A stretch of 64,000 bases of DNA from Dicyema japonicum. Its lineage: Eukaryota > Animalia > Dicyemida. The translations under genes and the position numbers were made by a program. The stretch covers positions 274,694 through 338,693 of the forward strand of contig RDEW01000050.1 in assembly GCA_011109175.1 (NCBI GenBank). The letters run 5' to 3'. Below the pieces are notes generated by a model, which searched no databases, was not told the DNA's origin, and saw nothing but the letters and a program-made list of their open reading frames with translations. This document shows, in pieces, positions 37,440-49,934 of this stretch; position 1 is the stretch's first letter; each line of letters starts with the position of its first letter.

Positions 37440-40030
37440 CTGCACGTATAGGATGGTAGTTAATATGATGACAATGGAAAAGGATCCGAAACCAACACCG
37501 AAACCCAAAGAGCATATTTCTCGCACGTCTATCCCTGCATTATCTGTGGAGAGGCAAACAAGAGAAATATAGTATCCAATGTTCCCGTTGCCCAAATTTT
37601 GGACACCTTGGGTGCAACAAGCTGACAAGACGGACTGCTCAGTGTCTCCCAAGTTGGTCATGCCCCACATGCTTTGGGAACCCCACAAGGCAAAAAAAAC
37701 CGCTCTCTGGTTCAGTCCTGGACCTATCTAACACGGACGAATGTTTACGCCGCCTGAACCGGCTTGTATCAGAGAGGGTTATCCCACTCAGAATCCCAAA
37801 GTCGGTGCGCCTAGCAGCTGCCACTTGTCTCTCAAAACTAATCACCAAAGCAGTCAGGACAAACCCAAGAAGCTTGGATGCGCCTTCTCTGCTTTGCACC
37901 TCATTTCCTCGGATCACATCCGACCGACCTGAAGGAACGGAATGTCAAGTAAATCATCAAAAGGAACGTTTCTAAATACGAAAGTATCAACCTGGTGGAT
38001 ACACTGGAAAGCATTTCGACTGCTGTTGACTCACCCTCTTCATCCAGAACCAAGAAAAGAGTCTTCGCAGAGAAATAAAAGAAGATCATGGTTGGGGACA
38101 TTCGGGGAGCCCTACGTACACTCTCCAGCAGCGACAAGGTTCTTTCACCAAGCAAAGAAACCTTAGACTAGTTAGTCCAGAAACATCCGCCCACACCAGC
38201 TGATCTATGTGACACGAAAATTCAAAAGGATGTCCCACAACAAAATGCCACCCCTGATGATATTAAATGGGCTATTCGTGCATTCCCTGGAAGCAGCGGC
38301 GCTGGTCTGGACGGCCTACGCCCAAGCCACATAAAAGACCTCACCTCTGTAACAACCGTCGACACAGGGGACTCCCTCATCATCTCATTGAATGCTATTA
38401 CGAACCACGTTCTTCGGGCAGATATCTCGGAGTATGCTCGAGAACTCCTCTTCGCTTCGAGGTTGGTAGCCTTCAAGAAGCCTTGCGGCGGGATAAGACC
38501 CATCGCCATTGGTAACGTCCTTAGGCGCCTATCGTCGAAGATCGCTGCCAGAGCAGCCAGCAAGACTTTGAGTGCCGAACTTAGTCCTGTCCAACTCGGA
38601 GTTGGAGTACCTAATGGATGTGAAGCAGTAATACATTCAATCCGGAATTTTGTTGCCAGCCCTCCTGACGCGCAGGATTCAATTATAGTCAAACTGGACA
38701 TACGTAATGCATTCAATAGCATCCGAAGGGATAGAATCATAGAAGATAGTGTCTCTAGGATTCCTGAGATCAGCAGGATGGTCAGACTCTCATATGGTTC
38801 CCCGTGTACGCTGATCTTCGGACAACACGCCATCAGTCCAAGACTGGAGTCCAACAAGGAGACCCACTTGGCCCTCTACTCTTTGCTTTGGGTATCGACT
38901 GTGTATCATCTGCGATCAAAACTCCCTTGAACTTATAGTACCTTGATGACGCGACCATTGGGGGGAGTTGGGATATTGTTGTGGAAGAGGTTAAACGCGT
39001 CATCCCTGCGCGGCACTCGGAGTTGAATCCATTGAAGTGCGAAGTTATTAACGTGACCTGTGGAGAGGACACCTTTGAACGCGCAATAACGACCATTTCT
39101 ACTTGCCTCCAGGACATCAAAGTCACCCGACTAGAAAAGGCGATTTTCCTCAGATCTCCTCTGTATGACATGTCAACTGTCCTGGAGGAGAAGAGTGAAT
39201 CTGTACAGCTGCTCACGCACAATCTAAAAGCTTTGGACTCCCACATTTCTCTCTTCATCCTCAAGAATTTTCATCTTACACCACGACTCCTTTTTTTTCT
39301 ACGGACATCCCCATGTTTCACAGACATGGATTTCTTGAGAGTTATCGATGAGAAGCTGAGGACCTCTGTTGAAGAAACACTTAACATCTCTCTGGATAAA
39401 GCAGGGTGGACCCAATGCAAGTTACCACTTCGTTATGGAGGAATTGGGATACGTCCAGCCTTTCTGTCTTCGACATATGCTTCCCGTGGTCTAGTTCACC
39501 AGATCCTACGCTACATTAACGGATCGGACACTGAACCAATGGCATGCATGGCTCACGATCTTTGGATTGGACTTAATTTGGGATTCCCGAAGAACTTCAA
39601 CAAACAACGAGACTGGAATGAACTTGTATGTTCGAGGACCATCGATGAGCTAAAACCACAACTCGACCAGCATCGTCTGGGTTGTCTGGCTACCGCATCA
39701 ACAAACGTAAGTGGTGCATGGCTCAAAGCATTCCCGTGCATTTCACTCGGAACTTTTCTGGACGATGACTCCACGAGGATTGGGGTTTGCGTCCGCCTCG
39801 GAATTGATGTTTGCGCAATACATCGCTGTAGATCTGGAGGAATAGTCGACACGAAAGGACTCCACGCACTTTCCTGCCGAAGGAGCGCTGGAAGGAGCAT
39901 GAGACATAGTGCAATCAACAAGGTTATTGCGTGGGGACTAGAAGCTGCCGGCTTCCCTGTCCAGATGGAGCCCCTAGGACTTACACGGCAGACAGAAGGC
40001 CGATGGAGCGACTCTGTCCCCGTGGGTTAA
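37440..40030 (+). mobile_element. CRE-like retrotransposon with N-terminal PHD finger, RT and zinc knuckle; frameshifted, truncated within the endonuclease
   Basis: C4HC3 pattern at 37536-37673; RIPKSVRLAAA; SGAGLDGLRPSH, FKKPCGGIRPIAIG, QLGVG, KLDIRNAFNS, GVQQGDPLGP, YLDDATIGG, LPLRYGGIGIR, CRSGGIVDTKGLHALSC, RHSAIN. Confidence 0.9.
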
Positions 40031-40486
40031 AAAAAGTTAATATGATTATAAATTTTCCCTTAGTTTATGTCATATTTATTTAGATTAGTTGACATTTATA
40101 TATTTCCATGTTCTTTACTAATAATTATTAATGACATCACTTTCATTAAGTGTTATCTGTGGTAGACGTCTCTCTATTACACTTAAATCTTACACACGCC
40201 ATAGTAACTACTTGAAAAGGTTTGCCATGTCAATAGATAATATTTAAAATATTAGGACAGCCTTAATCTTAACTAGTAACCAACCACAACTGGGTTCAAT
40301 TAGGAAAATCACTTAATTAGTCTCCACATTAGCTATTATTAAAGCCATTCAAACAGCAATTAATTTCTAAGGAATCATAACATACAACCAATTAATTGTC
40401 CAATAATAAACTCTAATCACACATCCAAACTTAAAGATATTAATTCTCAAACAGTTTTAAAACCAAAGAAACCAGAAAAATGGTAA

Positions 40487-41591
40487 TTAATTAACAAAGT
40501 ACCACATTGGGTCTCCTACAAGTAACCACCAACCACAAACCTTCAGATGGAGTCTCTGCCACTACACTATTCTCAGCCTACCAATAAATAATACTATAAC
40601 CGCATCAACATATTTCTCCACATCCTTCTCAAAGTAATTCCCCTCTAATGTTGTGTTAACCCTATAATAGATCTACTAATGTACATGCTATTAGACTTCT
40701 TCAGGATGGGAGACCTTAATAGACCCTTCCATGACTCATGAGCCTCCATGATGACTTTGAGGGCGTATTTCTAAGGATCACTAACACAGCTAACAGGATC
40801 CTTGAACTTTCCATCAAAACCAAACATATTGGCGGGCTTTCCGTCAGGCTTCTTGTAGTCCCTAAACCACGTGTGTGTCGCCTAGAGTAAGAAATAATAC
40901 CAACTGAAAGCAATCCCGGCATTAATAGTTCTACGTCACCGATGTCTTCAAGTTAGACACACCAGTAACCATTCATTTTGGGAGCCATGGGGTCGTCAGT
41001 CCTTATTCCTATCACCTTCCAATCGGTCTCCCCTGTAATTATAAGAATTCGTGATTGAGGATAATTACAAAACATAATCGCAAAATAGTTGCCAATAACC
41101 TTGATCAAGCAGACAGAGAACTCCGAGGACCTTCACAGAACAGATCTCACCGCACTCACAGACCTTATTGACTACGGCATTCACTTTACTGCCGATTTCG
41201 CAGATATCGAGAGGATCATCGTCTCCGACGCATTTGGTGTCGGAATTCATCACATTTGGGTCTTCCCAAGTTTGGGGAATGGCTCCGTAGTTCCAAATGT
41301 ACCCTCTGAATGGGAATATGTTATGGACAAAGCGGAGTTTTCCATTCTTTGTGTCCTGTTTGATTGGGTTTAGTGGACTGCTCTTATCGATCTCCATTTT
41401 GGCGTTAGACCAACGTGGAATTTCCACAACCATATTCACTACTTTGTTCTCTTCTGATGCGTACAATGGAATGTCATGCCATGGAGAAACAAAGCCAGTC
41501 TTTGTGGACTCTAAAATTGAGCTATTTCTATACCTATAAAGACTCTGTTTGTTGTTGTGAACTTTACACCCACGTTTCTAAACCTATACAT
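40487..41591 (-). CDS. PPA1: Soluble inorganic pyrophosphatase (family I), 10 exons
   Basis: Spliced [88 protein letters not shown]; nine GT-AG introns of 23, 21, 67, 24, 23, 24, 23, 23 and 25 nt (e.g. 41511-41533, 41164-41184, 41033-41099). Confidence 0.95.
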
Positions 41592-42159
41592 TTTTAGGCA
41601 TTTTATTGACTAGTTTACAGCAAATTAGGTTAACCACTTTTTTATGTTTTTATTACAATATTTATTTATTACTTAATTATATATTTTCTGCAAAATGTGG
41701 CCTATTGAAATTTTTCTATAACTTTCAGTCTTCTGTATGTTTCTTGTCTTTGGCTCAGTTCTTTTTCTCTATTTTTATATTAACGTTACGTCATTTGATC
41801 CACGTGTCTCAGGAAAATCCCAATGTTATGACGTTGTTTAGAGAGTAATTTCCTTTCCCCACTTCACTGGATCCTGGAAGGATTCCACACCTGTGGGATC
41901 TTAAAGAACTCGCCACTTCGTGACCATTGGAACTGGGTTCACTTAGTGTCAACATCTCATTCTCAGTGTATGATTAATAAATTAAAATAACCACACTAAG
42001 GAATCGTTGCAAAGTTATGGGTTCAAATCGTATCAGTTTCAAAACTTCCAAATCTTAATTATTGAGTTTCTATAAAATCAGACCTTAGTCTAACATCAAA
42101 AAAGATTAACATTAAGTCATATGATAAATACAATATATAAATCGGGGGGTCATCTTATT

Positions 42160-42760
42160 ATTTATTTAATAACCTCGAAAAAGAAACACCAAGAAAGAAG
42201 GAATAAACCAACTAATTAAATAATCCCGGTACACCTCAAAAGGATCGAGAGGTTTTTCTTATATTCCTCTAGAGTACCCACGGCTTTCCTGTATCGACGA
42301 CGATTACCTTCATTAAAATTTGAAGGGGGGTGGGTTTTATTCCCAATTTACGTGTATTTGAGACTTCTAGTCTTGAATGGAAGAAACGACTTGTTTCGTG
42401 ACCACACAGACCGATGAAACTGGAGCCGTTGTTTTCGATTGAGGGTGGTCAAGCATTGGGGGAAAAGATCGGCAGGTAGACTAAGTGCTCCAGTCTTCTT
42501 CTTTCTACAGATTGTCATAAAATCCTGGATTGATCTCCATATAGAAGAAGGTTTTTTCCCATGTCTGGGAATTCCAAATATTGTCCCCAAACGGGATGCT
42601 CTGCACATTTGGCAATTTTAAATTAATTATTACCCAGTTTCACTAATATGTAGGAAACAGGCTGTCAAAAAGCGCACTGTTGAGACAAGACGCTCCAGTA
42701 ATCCAGAACCTTTACGTTGAGGCTTAATGACCCAAGGAAATCAAAGAGATCCTGAAATAC
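42160..42760 (-). mobile_element. Jockey/I-like LINE 3' remnants
   Basis: EHPV..MEINPG resembles DHPL..EEINPG at 37060-37150; tail-like sequence at 42160-42225. Confidence 0.4.
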
Positions 42761-43431
42761 TCTTTGAGAAATATTGGTGATTAACACGAATACGGTACAC
42801 AGACTTTTAATCCAGTCGTAATGAGATCCCTATACGGAATCATTCCTTAGTTAATTATTAATGTAAATAATTAATAATGACCCAAAGGCAGTTGAAAACC
42901 TCGACAACATTAATCTATGAGATCAGTGGTAGCGATTGAGTACAGAGTAAAAGAATGACATTTAATATTGTGTCTTGGACTGCAGAATACTGTGGTTTCC
43001 GTGAACCCCTCATTATTATGGTTAAGCATGATATAGTTTTAAATATAACATTTTTACTTAATATACTTTCCCCTATTAGGCAAATCTATTTAAGAAGGGT
43101 GACGAGCAATTGTTTATTATCGTAAATTCCCACGTGGAGTACATAACAAAGTCAATTTGGGAACCAACTAAATTTATGAGCTTTACTTACCAAAACTTAC
43201 AAAAATATCTGAATATGTTAAACTGATTACGCACAAAGTAATTAAGTGACCCAAATACCCATAGTCGACAATATTGTCTTCCCGATTCCTAGTTTTCCAG
43301 ATAAGTCGCAGTGGTGTATTCTAAGAATTATTATTAAGCAAAGAACTCAACAAATTAACAATTGAAACCGAATTTAACGACTATCTAGTTTTATTAATAA
43401 TTTTACTAATAAGTTTATTATTTATTTTAAC

Positions 43432-46400
43432 ATGCAACGTGCTTTCGATTCCGTGGCGTTAAAACTCTCTCGAGTTGGCAAAAATGTTGAAAGGAAAAAA
43501 GGAGAAGGGTCACTTGCGTTACCTGATGGTATGAATGTAATTCTTGCCATATCCGAGAGCGTTGTGGCAGATGACCCAAAAGAATGGGCGAGGCAGGTAG
43601 TCCTGCAGGTACGTAGCAGGCTATCTCGAATGCCCTGGAATGGTTGGCCATACTTGGCGGAGCTCTGCAGTGGCAGATTCAGTACTGCTATATCTGTGAG
43701 TGAACTCAAGAAAATGGCTGTAGGCAAAGAGGGTACTGGTCTAAAGGGGCGAGAGACCAGATGACCACAACTGTCAAAGAGAACACGAGCACCAGAGCTG
43801 TGATACGTTGCAGCTCAAGCATGTTTATGAGGTCTTCGCGCGGAATCTCGCTGCAGCGGCAGATGTCCCACTTGAGGACCGTAGATTTACCCGCAAGATT
43901 CCTCATTGTAAGGTTAACGGTGTAGTGTTAACCTGTATCAATAAGGCTGTGGCTTATGCGGTGGAGGCTAAGCCAGTAGGGTCACTGGGTGACATCTCCC
44001 TAGTGCTGTATGCAGCACAGATCACCTATGAGGAATTGACGGACAAGCCCAGACCACCCAGTAAATGGAGGGAGCAGATCTGTGCCAAGATTGCTTGGAG
44101 ACAGACTGAGCTGGAAGCACTGGAGGGGCACATAAGTAGTGTGGCGAGAGGGGTTAGAGGAAAAGCACCGGCTATAGTAAAGGGGCTAATTAGTAAACTC
44201 CGTGTTCCCAAATGGGACCTCAAAGAGTTGAGGAGGGCAAAGGTGGAGTTAGAGGGGGCAATAATGGTGTATAAGAGGAAACTCTATACACATGAAAGTC
44301 GGTGTAAGAGAAGGAGAGAAAATAATCTGTTTGAGTTTAATCGCAGATTGTTTTACCGTCGCCTACACGAAAATGGCCATAGTGTATGTTCCCAGCAGGA
44401 CGCGGAAATGCTTTCCACATGGGGTAGTATGTGGGAGGCTAAACCACGCAGAGGAAATGCGTGGAATGTCCCGTACAGCGCCGCTCCTTTCTTGGCGGAA
44501 TCTTGCGGAATTTTCGATTTTCGCAAGAAATTTGAGGCGGTAGTGAGACATCTCCCTGATTGGAAGACGACCGGGGTCGATAAAGTTTATAATTTCTTTA
44601 TCAAAAGATGCACTTCATTACACGAGTCTATGTGTCGTGTATTACAGAAAAGCATCACTAACCCGGAAACGATTCCTGATTGGGCATGCACAGGGACAAC
44701 TTATTTGATCCCAAAGCTGGACAACCCCCAGTCTGCTGCAGATTATCGACCGATAACCTGCATGCCAACCCTGTATAAGCTGATGACCAAATTGGTGGCT
44801 AATGAGGTCAGGAGCTTTGTAGACGCAAATGGGATTCTCTCCGAGAATCAGTTGGGAACTGTGCGAAATTGTCAGGGGGCAAAAGAGCAGGCTTTGATCA
44901 ACAAATGCCTTTCTGTGTCTCACGGAAACTCACTTTTGTCTATGTGGGTGGATGTGAAGAAGGCTTACGATTCAGTTGATCATTCTTACCTTGTCGAGTG
45001 CCTACACAGTCTGTGTATGCCTGTGTGGTTCATCAGCTTTGTAGTGGCTGTGATGAATAGGTGGAGTATTCATCTGAACTATAATAGGCACCGGATAGGC
45101 GAGGTAAAACTCAAGAGGGGGATCCTTCAGGGGATAGCATGTCTCCGCTACTCTTTGTTCTCTGTTTGGAGCCATTGAGTCGCCGCCTCAATGACCGGTT
45201 TGAGCAAATACCAGTTCATTGTGAAGGGGTCTGTTTCAGTACAAATCACCTTCTTTTTATCGATGACTTGAAGATGTATGCTCGAACAGCCGAGGAGCTC
45301 TACTCCATGGGGGTCTGTGCCAGGGAATTCTTTGAGAGTATAGGGCTAGATTTGAATTATTCAAAGTCTGCGACTAACACGCAAGTATGTAGCGAGTTAG
45401 TAAGAGTCCTAGAGGAACACGAAGGATATAAGTATCTGGGTGTTACCGAATCTCCAAAGTCCCTTATAATGCCTGAGACAAAGCGACAAATTACTGAAGG
45501 CATCCGTAAAAGAGCAGCGTTATTGTGTAAGACGTCTCTAAATGCAAGGAATTTGTTCCTAGCATTAAATGAGTATGCTGTCTCGCTGCTAAACTACTAC
45601 ATAGGTGTTGTGGAGTTTGAGCCCAAAGAGTATGATGAGATGGATGTTATGATCCGTGGAGTACTCAGAGAGAACCATGTCCATGTGTTGGCAGCCAATA
45701 AGGAGAGACTATATTTACCCCGTGATAAATTCGGCCGTGGACTGTGTGGAGTAGTCCAACTAAGTGAGCGTATCCTAATGCGAATGCACGACACCCTGAT
45801 AGCTGGGTCAAGTGTGTCTGCTAGGAAGCACGCCATAATAACGACCGAGAAAACACGGGCAACCCACCTAGGCACTATCAGACCTTTTTTGTCTGCTAAG
45901 TATGGTGTTGATGATGGTGGGCTAGTAAATGTGAAGGCGTTGATCGAATTACAATATAATAATTTGATGGAAAAGATCAACTTAAAAAGCCTTCATAAGG
46001 TCCTCTTCAGAGCATTGGACAACCCACATGTCGACCTTAAGTCGTCGACAATATGGCTAAAATACGGTGACAACTCACCTCGATCGGAGGCGTTGTACAC
46101 GTATATGCAAGACCGCAATATTTTTTGGGGTCGATCAACAAATACATGTCCCCACTGTAAGTCAAGGAGCATGTCGGTTGATCATTTAGCCACTCGATGT
46201 GGATCCATGCTCTGCCACGACTATGTGTGGAGGCACAACGAGGTAGTAAGGAGTCTTCATCTTCTACTATGCAATAAGTATGGTATTCGCCACACCAGAA
46301 AGTTGCGGACTCATAAGGTGCAATCTGTAGTAGAGAACACCAAAGTCCAAATTAAGGTAGACAGTGTTATCCGTACCTCGGTGCTAGTCAAGCACAATAA

Positions 46401-46830
46401 ACCGGACATTGTGGTACACGATAAGGAGTCTGGCCATGTCCTTATCATAGAGGTTGGCATCACGTCTCAAGACCGTTTGCAGACTGTGGAAGTGGAGAAA
46501 AAAAGGAAGTATGACTTTGTTGCAAACGAGATAAGGCAGATGCTTAGTTGCAAGGTCCTCGTTATTCCTATAGTAATGACGTGGGAAGGAATTGCAACGA
46601 AGTACCACAAGGGTTATCTGAAGCAGTTGGGGGTAGATAGGAAGCTCCAGGCCTATCTACAGTCCACTGTGTTAAAGCGGACCCTAGAGAGCCTGACACT
46701 GGAGTATAGGAGGCAGAGCCCTGAGATGCCATATGGGCAGAGGGTTCAATTGGAAAGGCGCTCTCGAAGTTGTTTCAGCAACCAGAGTCGAACCTGCCTG
46801 AGGAGGCTGGCGAACAGGCATATTAAATAA
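43432..46830 (+). mobile_element. Near-intact R4/Dong-like non-LTR retrotransposon, single ORF of about 1130 aa broken by two 1-nt shifts
   Basis: RT: WKTTGVDKVYNFFIK, YRPITCMPTLYKL, QGAKEQAL, DVKKAYDSV, GILQG(D)SMSPLLF, LFIDDLK, YKYLG; CCHC CPHCKSRSMSVDHLATRC; endonuclease RHNEVV..KPDIVV..IEVGITS..EKKRKY. Confidence 0.95.
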
Positions 46831-46859
46831 AATATTATTTTTAAGACAATAACGAGTAA

Positions 46860-47122
46860 ATCAACTAATTAAGCGTATTTTAATCCAGATTGTTGGTAAT
46901 CCCTCTTCTTCTCTTAGAAGAAGAATGTGCCATAACCTCTCTGTTACTCCGCATCTCCACATCAAGATTCAGTCAAAATATCTCCGTTAGAGTCCAGTGG
47001 GCTGTCCTCACGGCATGCCAGTTCCACAAGTTGGGAGGTTAGCAGAGGCGTACTCTTCATCGTATACCTTCATCCATGCTTATGTTCAATGAGCATACTT
47101 TCGAACGTTCTTTGCAGCACAA
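46860..47122 (-). mobile_element. Possible C-terminal remnant of a second R4/Dong-like element, tail-to-tail with the first
   Basis: Minus-strand VLQRTFESMLIEH resembles VLKRTLESLTLEY; short match only. Confidence 0.3.
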
Positions 47123-47214
47123 AACCAACCATTTTCTGCTCCCACGGATTCTCCAATCAACCATTTTCTGGCTCCCATGGATTCTTCAATCAATCATTTT
47201 CTGGCTCTCACATG
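47123..47214. repeat. 33-bp tandem repeat, about 2.8 copies
   Basis: Unit aatcaaccattttctggctcccatggattcttc starting at 47123, 47155 and 47188. Confidence 0.8.
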
Positions 47215-47292
47215 CATGGAGAATTTCCTCAAGGAAATATCGGACATAATCTTCACTCCTCCGTATTTAACCACGGGTGATTCCAAGTACCG

Positions 47293-47791
47293 AGGTCAGG
47301 TTGATCTTCCTGGAATGTATCCAATGGGAACTCCATCAGCCTCAGAAAATTTTTTCAAAAAAACAAGAAATTTGAATATGAATTCCCCAAGCATAAATTT
47401 TAGTTACTAATAACTTTAGACTAATATAAGCATAAATTTTAGTTACTAATAACTTTAGACTAATATAAGCATAAATTTTAGTTACTAATAACTTTTAGAC
47501 TAATATAAGCATAAATTTTAGTTACTAATAACTTTAGACTAATATAAGCATAAATTTTAGTTTACTAATAACTTTAGACTAATATAAGCATAAATTTTAA
47601 GTTACTAATAACTTTAGACTAATTAGGTCAGGTTTGATCCTCCTGGAATGTATCCAATGGGAACTCCATCAGCCTCAGAAAATTTTTTCAAAAAAAACAA
47701 GAAATTTGAATATGAATTCCCCAAGCATAAATTTTAGTTACTAATAACTTTAGACTAATATAAGCATAAATTTAGTTACTAATAACTTTAG
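47293..47791. repeat. 39-bp minisatellite (6 + about 2 copies) within a higher-order duplication
   Basis: Unit aagcataaattttagttactaataactttagactaatat at 47389, 47428, 47467, 47507, 47546, 47586, 47723 and 47762; block 47293-47460 recurs at 47625-47791. Confidence 0.95.
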
Positions 47792-47879
47792 TCTATGATT
47801 TGTGTCAAGTTACTGATATCTAAAAAAGTGAACTACCGATGTCTGATTATTACTTTTTATTATTATGGCCAGGATATTG

Positions 47880-48290
47880 TTGACAGATAAATGAATCCAT
47901 TGTTTGAAGGTCTTAGTTTGAGGATGTTAAATACGCACACATTCATGACAGTTATTTTTTTCACGCACGATCATTCCATCACTCCTTTGTGGACTGGAAG
48001 GATGGTATTACACTGCATACAAAGAACGTTTTATTTTGCTTTTTGAAAAATCGAGGAGAGCAGGGTTCAAGATTGCCCTACACAGAAGGCTCGACAAAAA
48101 GCTAGTTAAAGATGAAAAATTGCTAGTAATGTCGATAAGGAATGCAGCAGAAAAAAGGATCTAAAATTACCTTAAAAGAGATGACATCATTGACTCGTAT
48201 GTTGCATTACAGAATAAACGATAAGAAGGGTCTGAGAGCGCAGAGAAGAGTCCAAGAGTTTTCAGGACTTGCGGCATAAGGCCAAATAAC
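47880..48290 (+). mobile_element. CR1/L2-group LINE C-terminal remnant
   Basis: SRTIIPSLLCGLEGWYY..; clear nucleotide similarity to 36381-36550. Confidence 0.45.
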
Positions 48291-48576
48291 TCGCTCTAAT
48301 TAACTCTTAAGTTAAAAGATAGTTATTTAGGTCATAAACAGTAAAAATGTATGACTAAATTAACTGACCTACATAATATAAATTAGTCTAAAAATCGCTC
48401 TTACATAACTTTTTTGATACCATGGGAGTAACTCTCCTTACGTGTTCAATGCCTTTATCTTAGACTAAAAATAAGTTTTTATTAATAACGAATTAATGAA
48501 GTCAATTGAAAGTCAAAGAACTTTGTTATGGCCTACAGGCATTGAGCACTAAAATATCATAATATTAAAAATAAAA

Positions 48577-48648
48577 TGGAGATGTCGGGAATCGAACCCG
48601 AGACCTTCAGCATGCAAAGCAGACGTCATACCACTAGACCACATCCCC
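48577..48648 (-). tRNA. trnA: tRNA-Ala(UGC)
   Basis: GGGGATG/CATCTCC acceptor stem with the G3:U70 alanine determinant, anticodon loop ttTGCat, GGTTCGATTCC T-arm, A discriminator. Confidence 0.92.
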
Positions 48649-49197
48649 GCACTTTTAGTGATTAAAGGGTATCTCAACCTCACTAATTCTTTTTTATCTT
48701 TCTTATCTGATTTCATCTTTACTCTCCTTTATCTTAGATCATCGAGGTTGTCGTCTGTTGTAGGTTTTTAACCGACAATCTTTGATCACAATTAATTATG
48801 GAATGCAGGAAGGCAAATGAGGCTTAATTTTCCAAAGCACGCGTTCTCCACGAGGAGCGATGATGGACACGGATATCGGGTGTATGATGTAGGGGTGGCC
48901 TTTGGTTTTCCATTTTCAGAACAATTATGTGAGTTCTTATTTTTCTAGGGATAGCGTTCTTGTTGAAGGGGAGATTAAAATGGAGTTAATCTATCTTATC
49001 GATATGTCTCCAAGATAATAGAATTGCTTGAATACCATCAGGATCATATATATAAGACGTCTTTGTGGATATTATTGTTTGTGTAACCTCAGACTGTGTA
49101 GAATTGAATCCACGTGGTTGTTTTGGATTCAAAATGACGTAGGCGACAGGATTGAGTCCTTGAGAACTCCTTGTGACTTTTAGAGGCGTATTACTTT

Positions 49198-49330
49198 TTG
49201 GAAGTGAAGATCATTCCTTGGTTCTACGATTAGTTAAAATTAACTGTTCTTTACTTAAATTAAGTGTGTGTCCTGCCTATGCGGAGCTATAAATTCTATG
49301 GCTCTCGCGAAAAGGCTTTATTATTACTTT
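49198..49330 (+). repeat. Copy of the conserved LINE/SINE hairpin tail
   Basis: gtgaaga.cattccttg..cgattag..gtgtgtgtcctgcct..gagctata-N5-tatggctc, as at 12940-13060 and 25262-25380. Confidence 0.75.
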
Positions 49331-49934
49331 TTGGTTCAATGTCCCCAGAAAACATGATTATCCAGTAGAGCATGCAACGCCTCACATTTCGAATTGAGGT
49401 ATACCAGACATACTAGTCGGATGGATGGGGGAGAGAAAACGGTTTTTTTCGGTGCCTTTCAACACTAAACGCCACAACATAACCATCTGAGGGCAAGCTA
49501 ACAAATTAGATGATATCTCTTATTTTCTTTCTTGTGGTTCCTGGGATTAATAAATATCGTATGTCATCAGAACCAGTGTCGTTGATACTGTCCGGGCTAA
49601 GACAAGTTAATCGATTGAAATCACTGACAAACACTAAATTTTGTAAACCAAGAGTCTAAAGGGATCTGTTTAGAATGACGGTTTAAATGTAAAGTATGGG
49701 CAATTGGTGATAAGTTATTTATTTAACTCAAAAGAAATCAACCGAGGTTCATACAGTAGCCGCCCTAATTTTCTCTCAGGATGGCGAGAGAAATTCGCTC
49801 GAATAGCTAGCAGCGCTACGATGATCCCCAATGCGTGTAGAAATCTGATTTCTTAGATGGCTCAGGAATTCGAACGTCGAAAGCGCAAGGGAAATGGACT
49901 TTTCAACTACGAGCGGAACAAGCATAGGTCCACT

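Noticed and set aside
47389-47791. 39-bp array as a CRISPR array
   Set aside because: Units are head-to-tail with no unique spacers, there are no cas genes, and the context is eukaryotic
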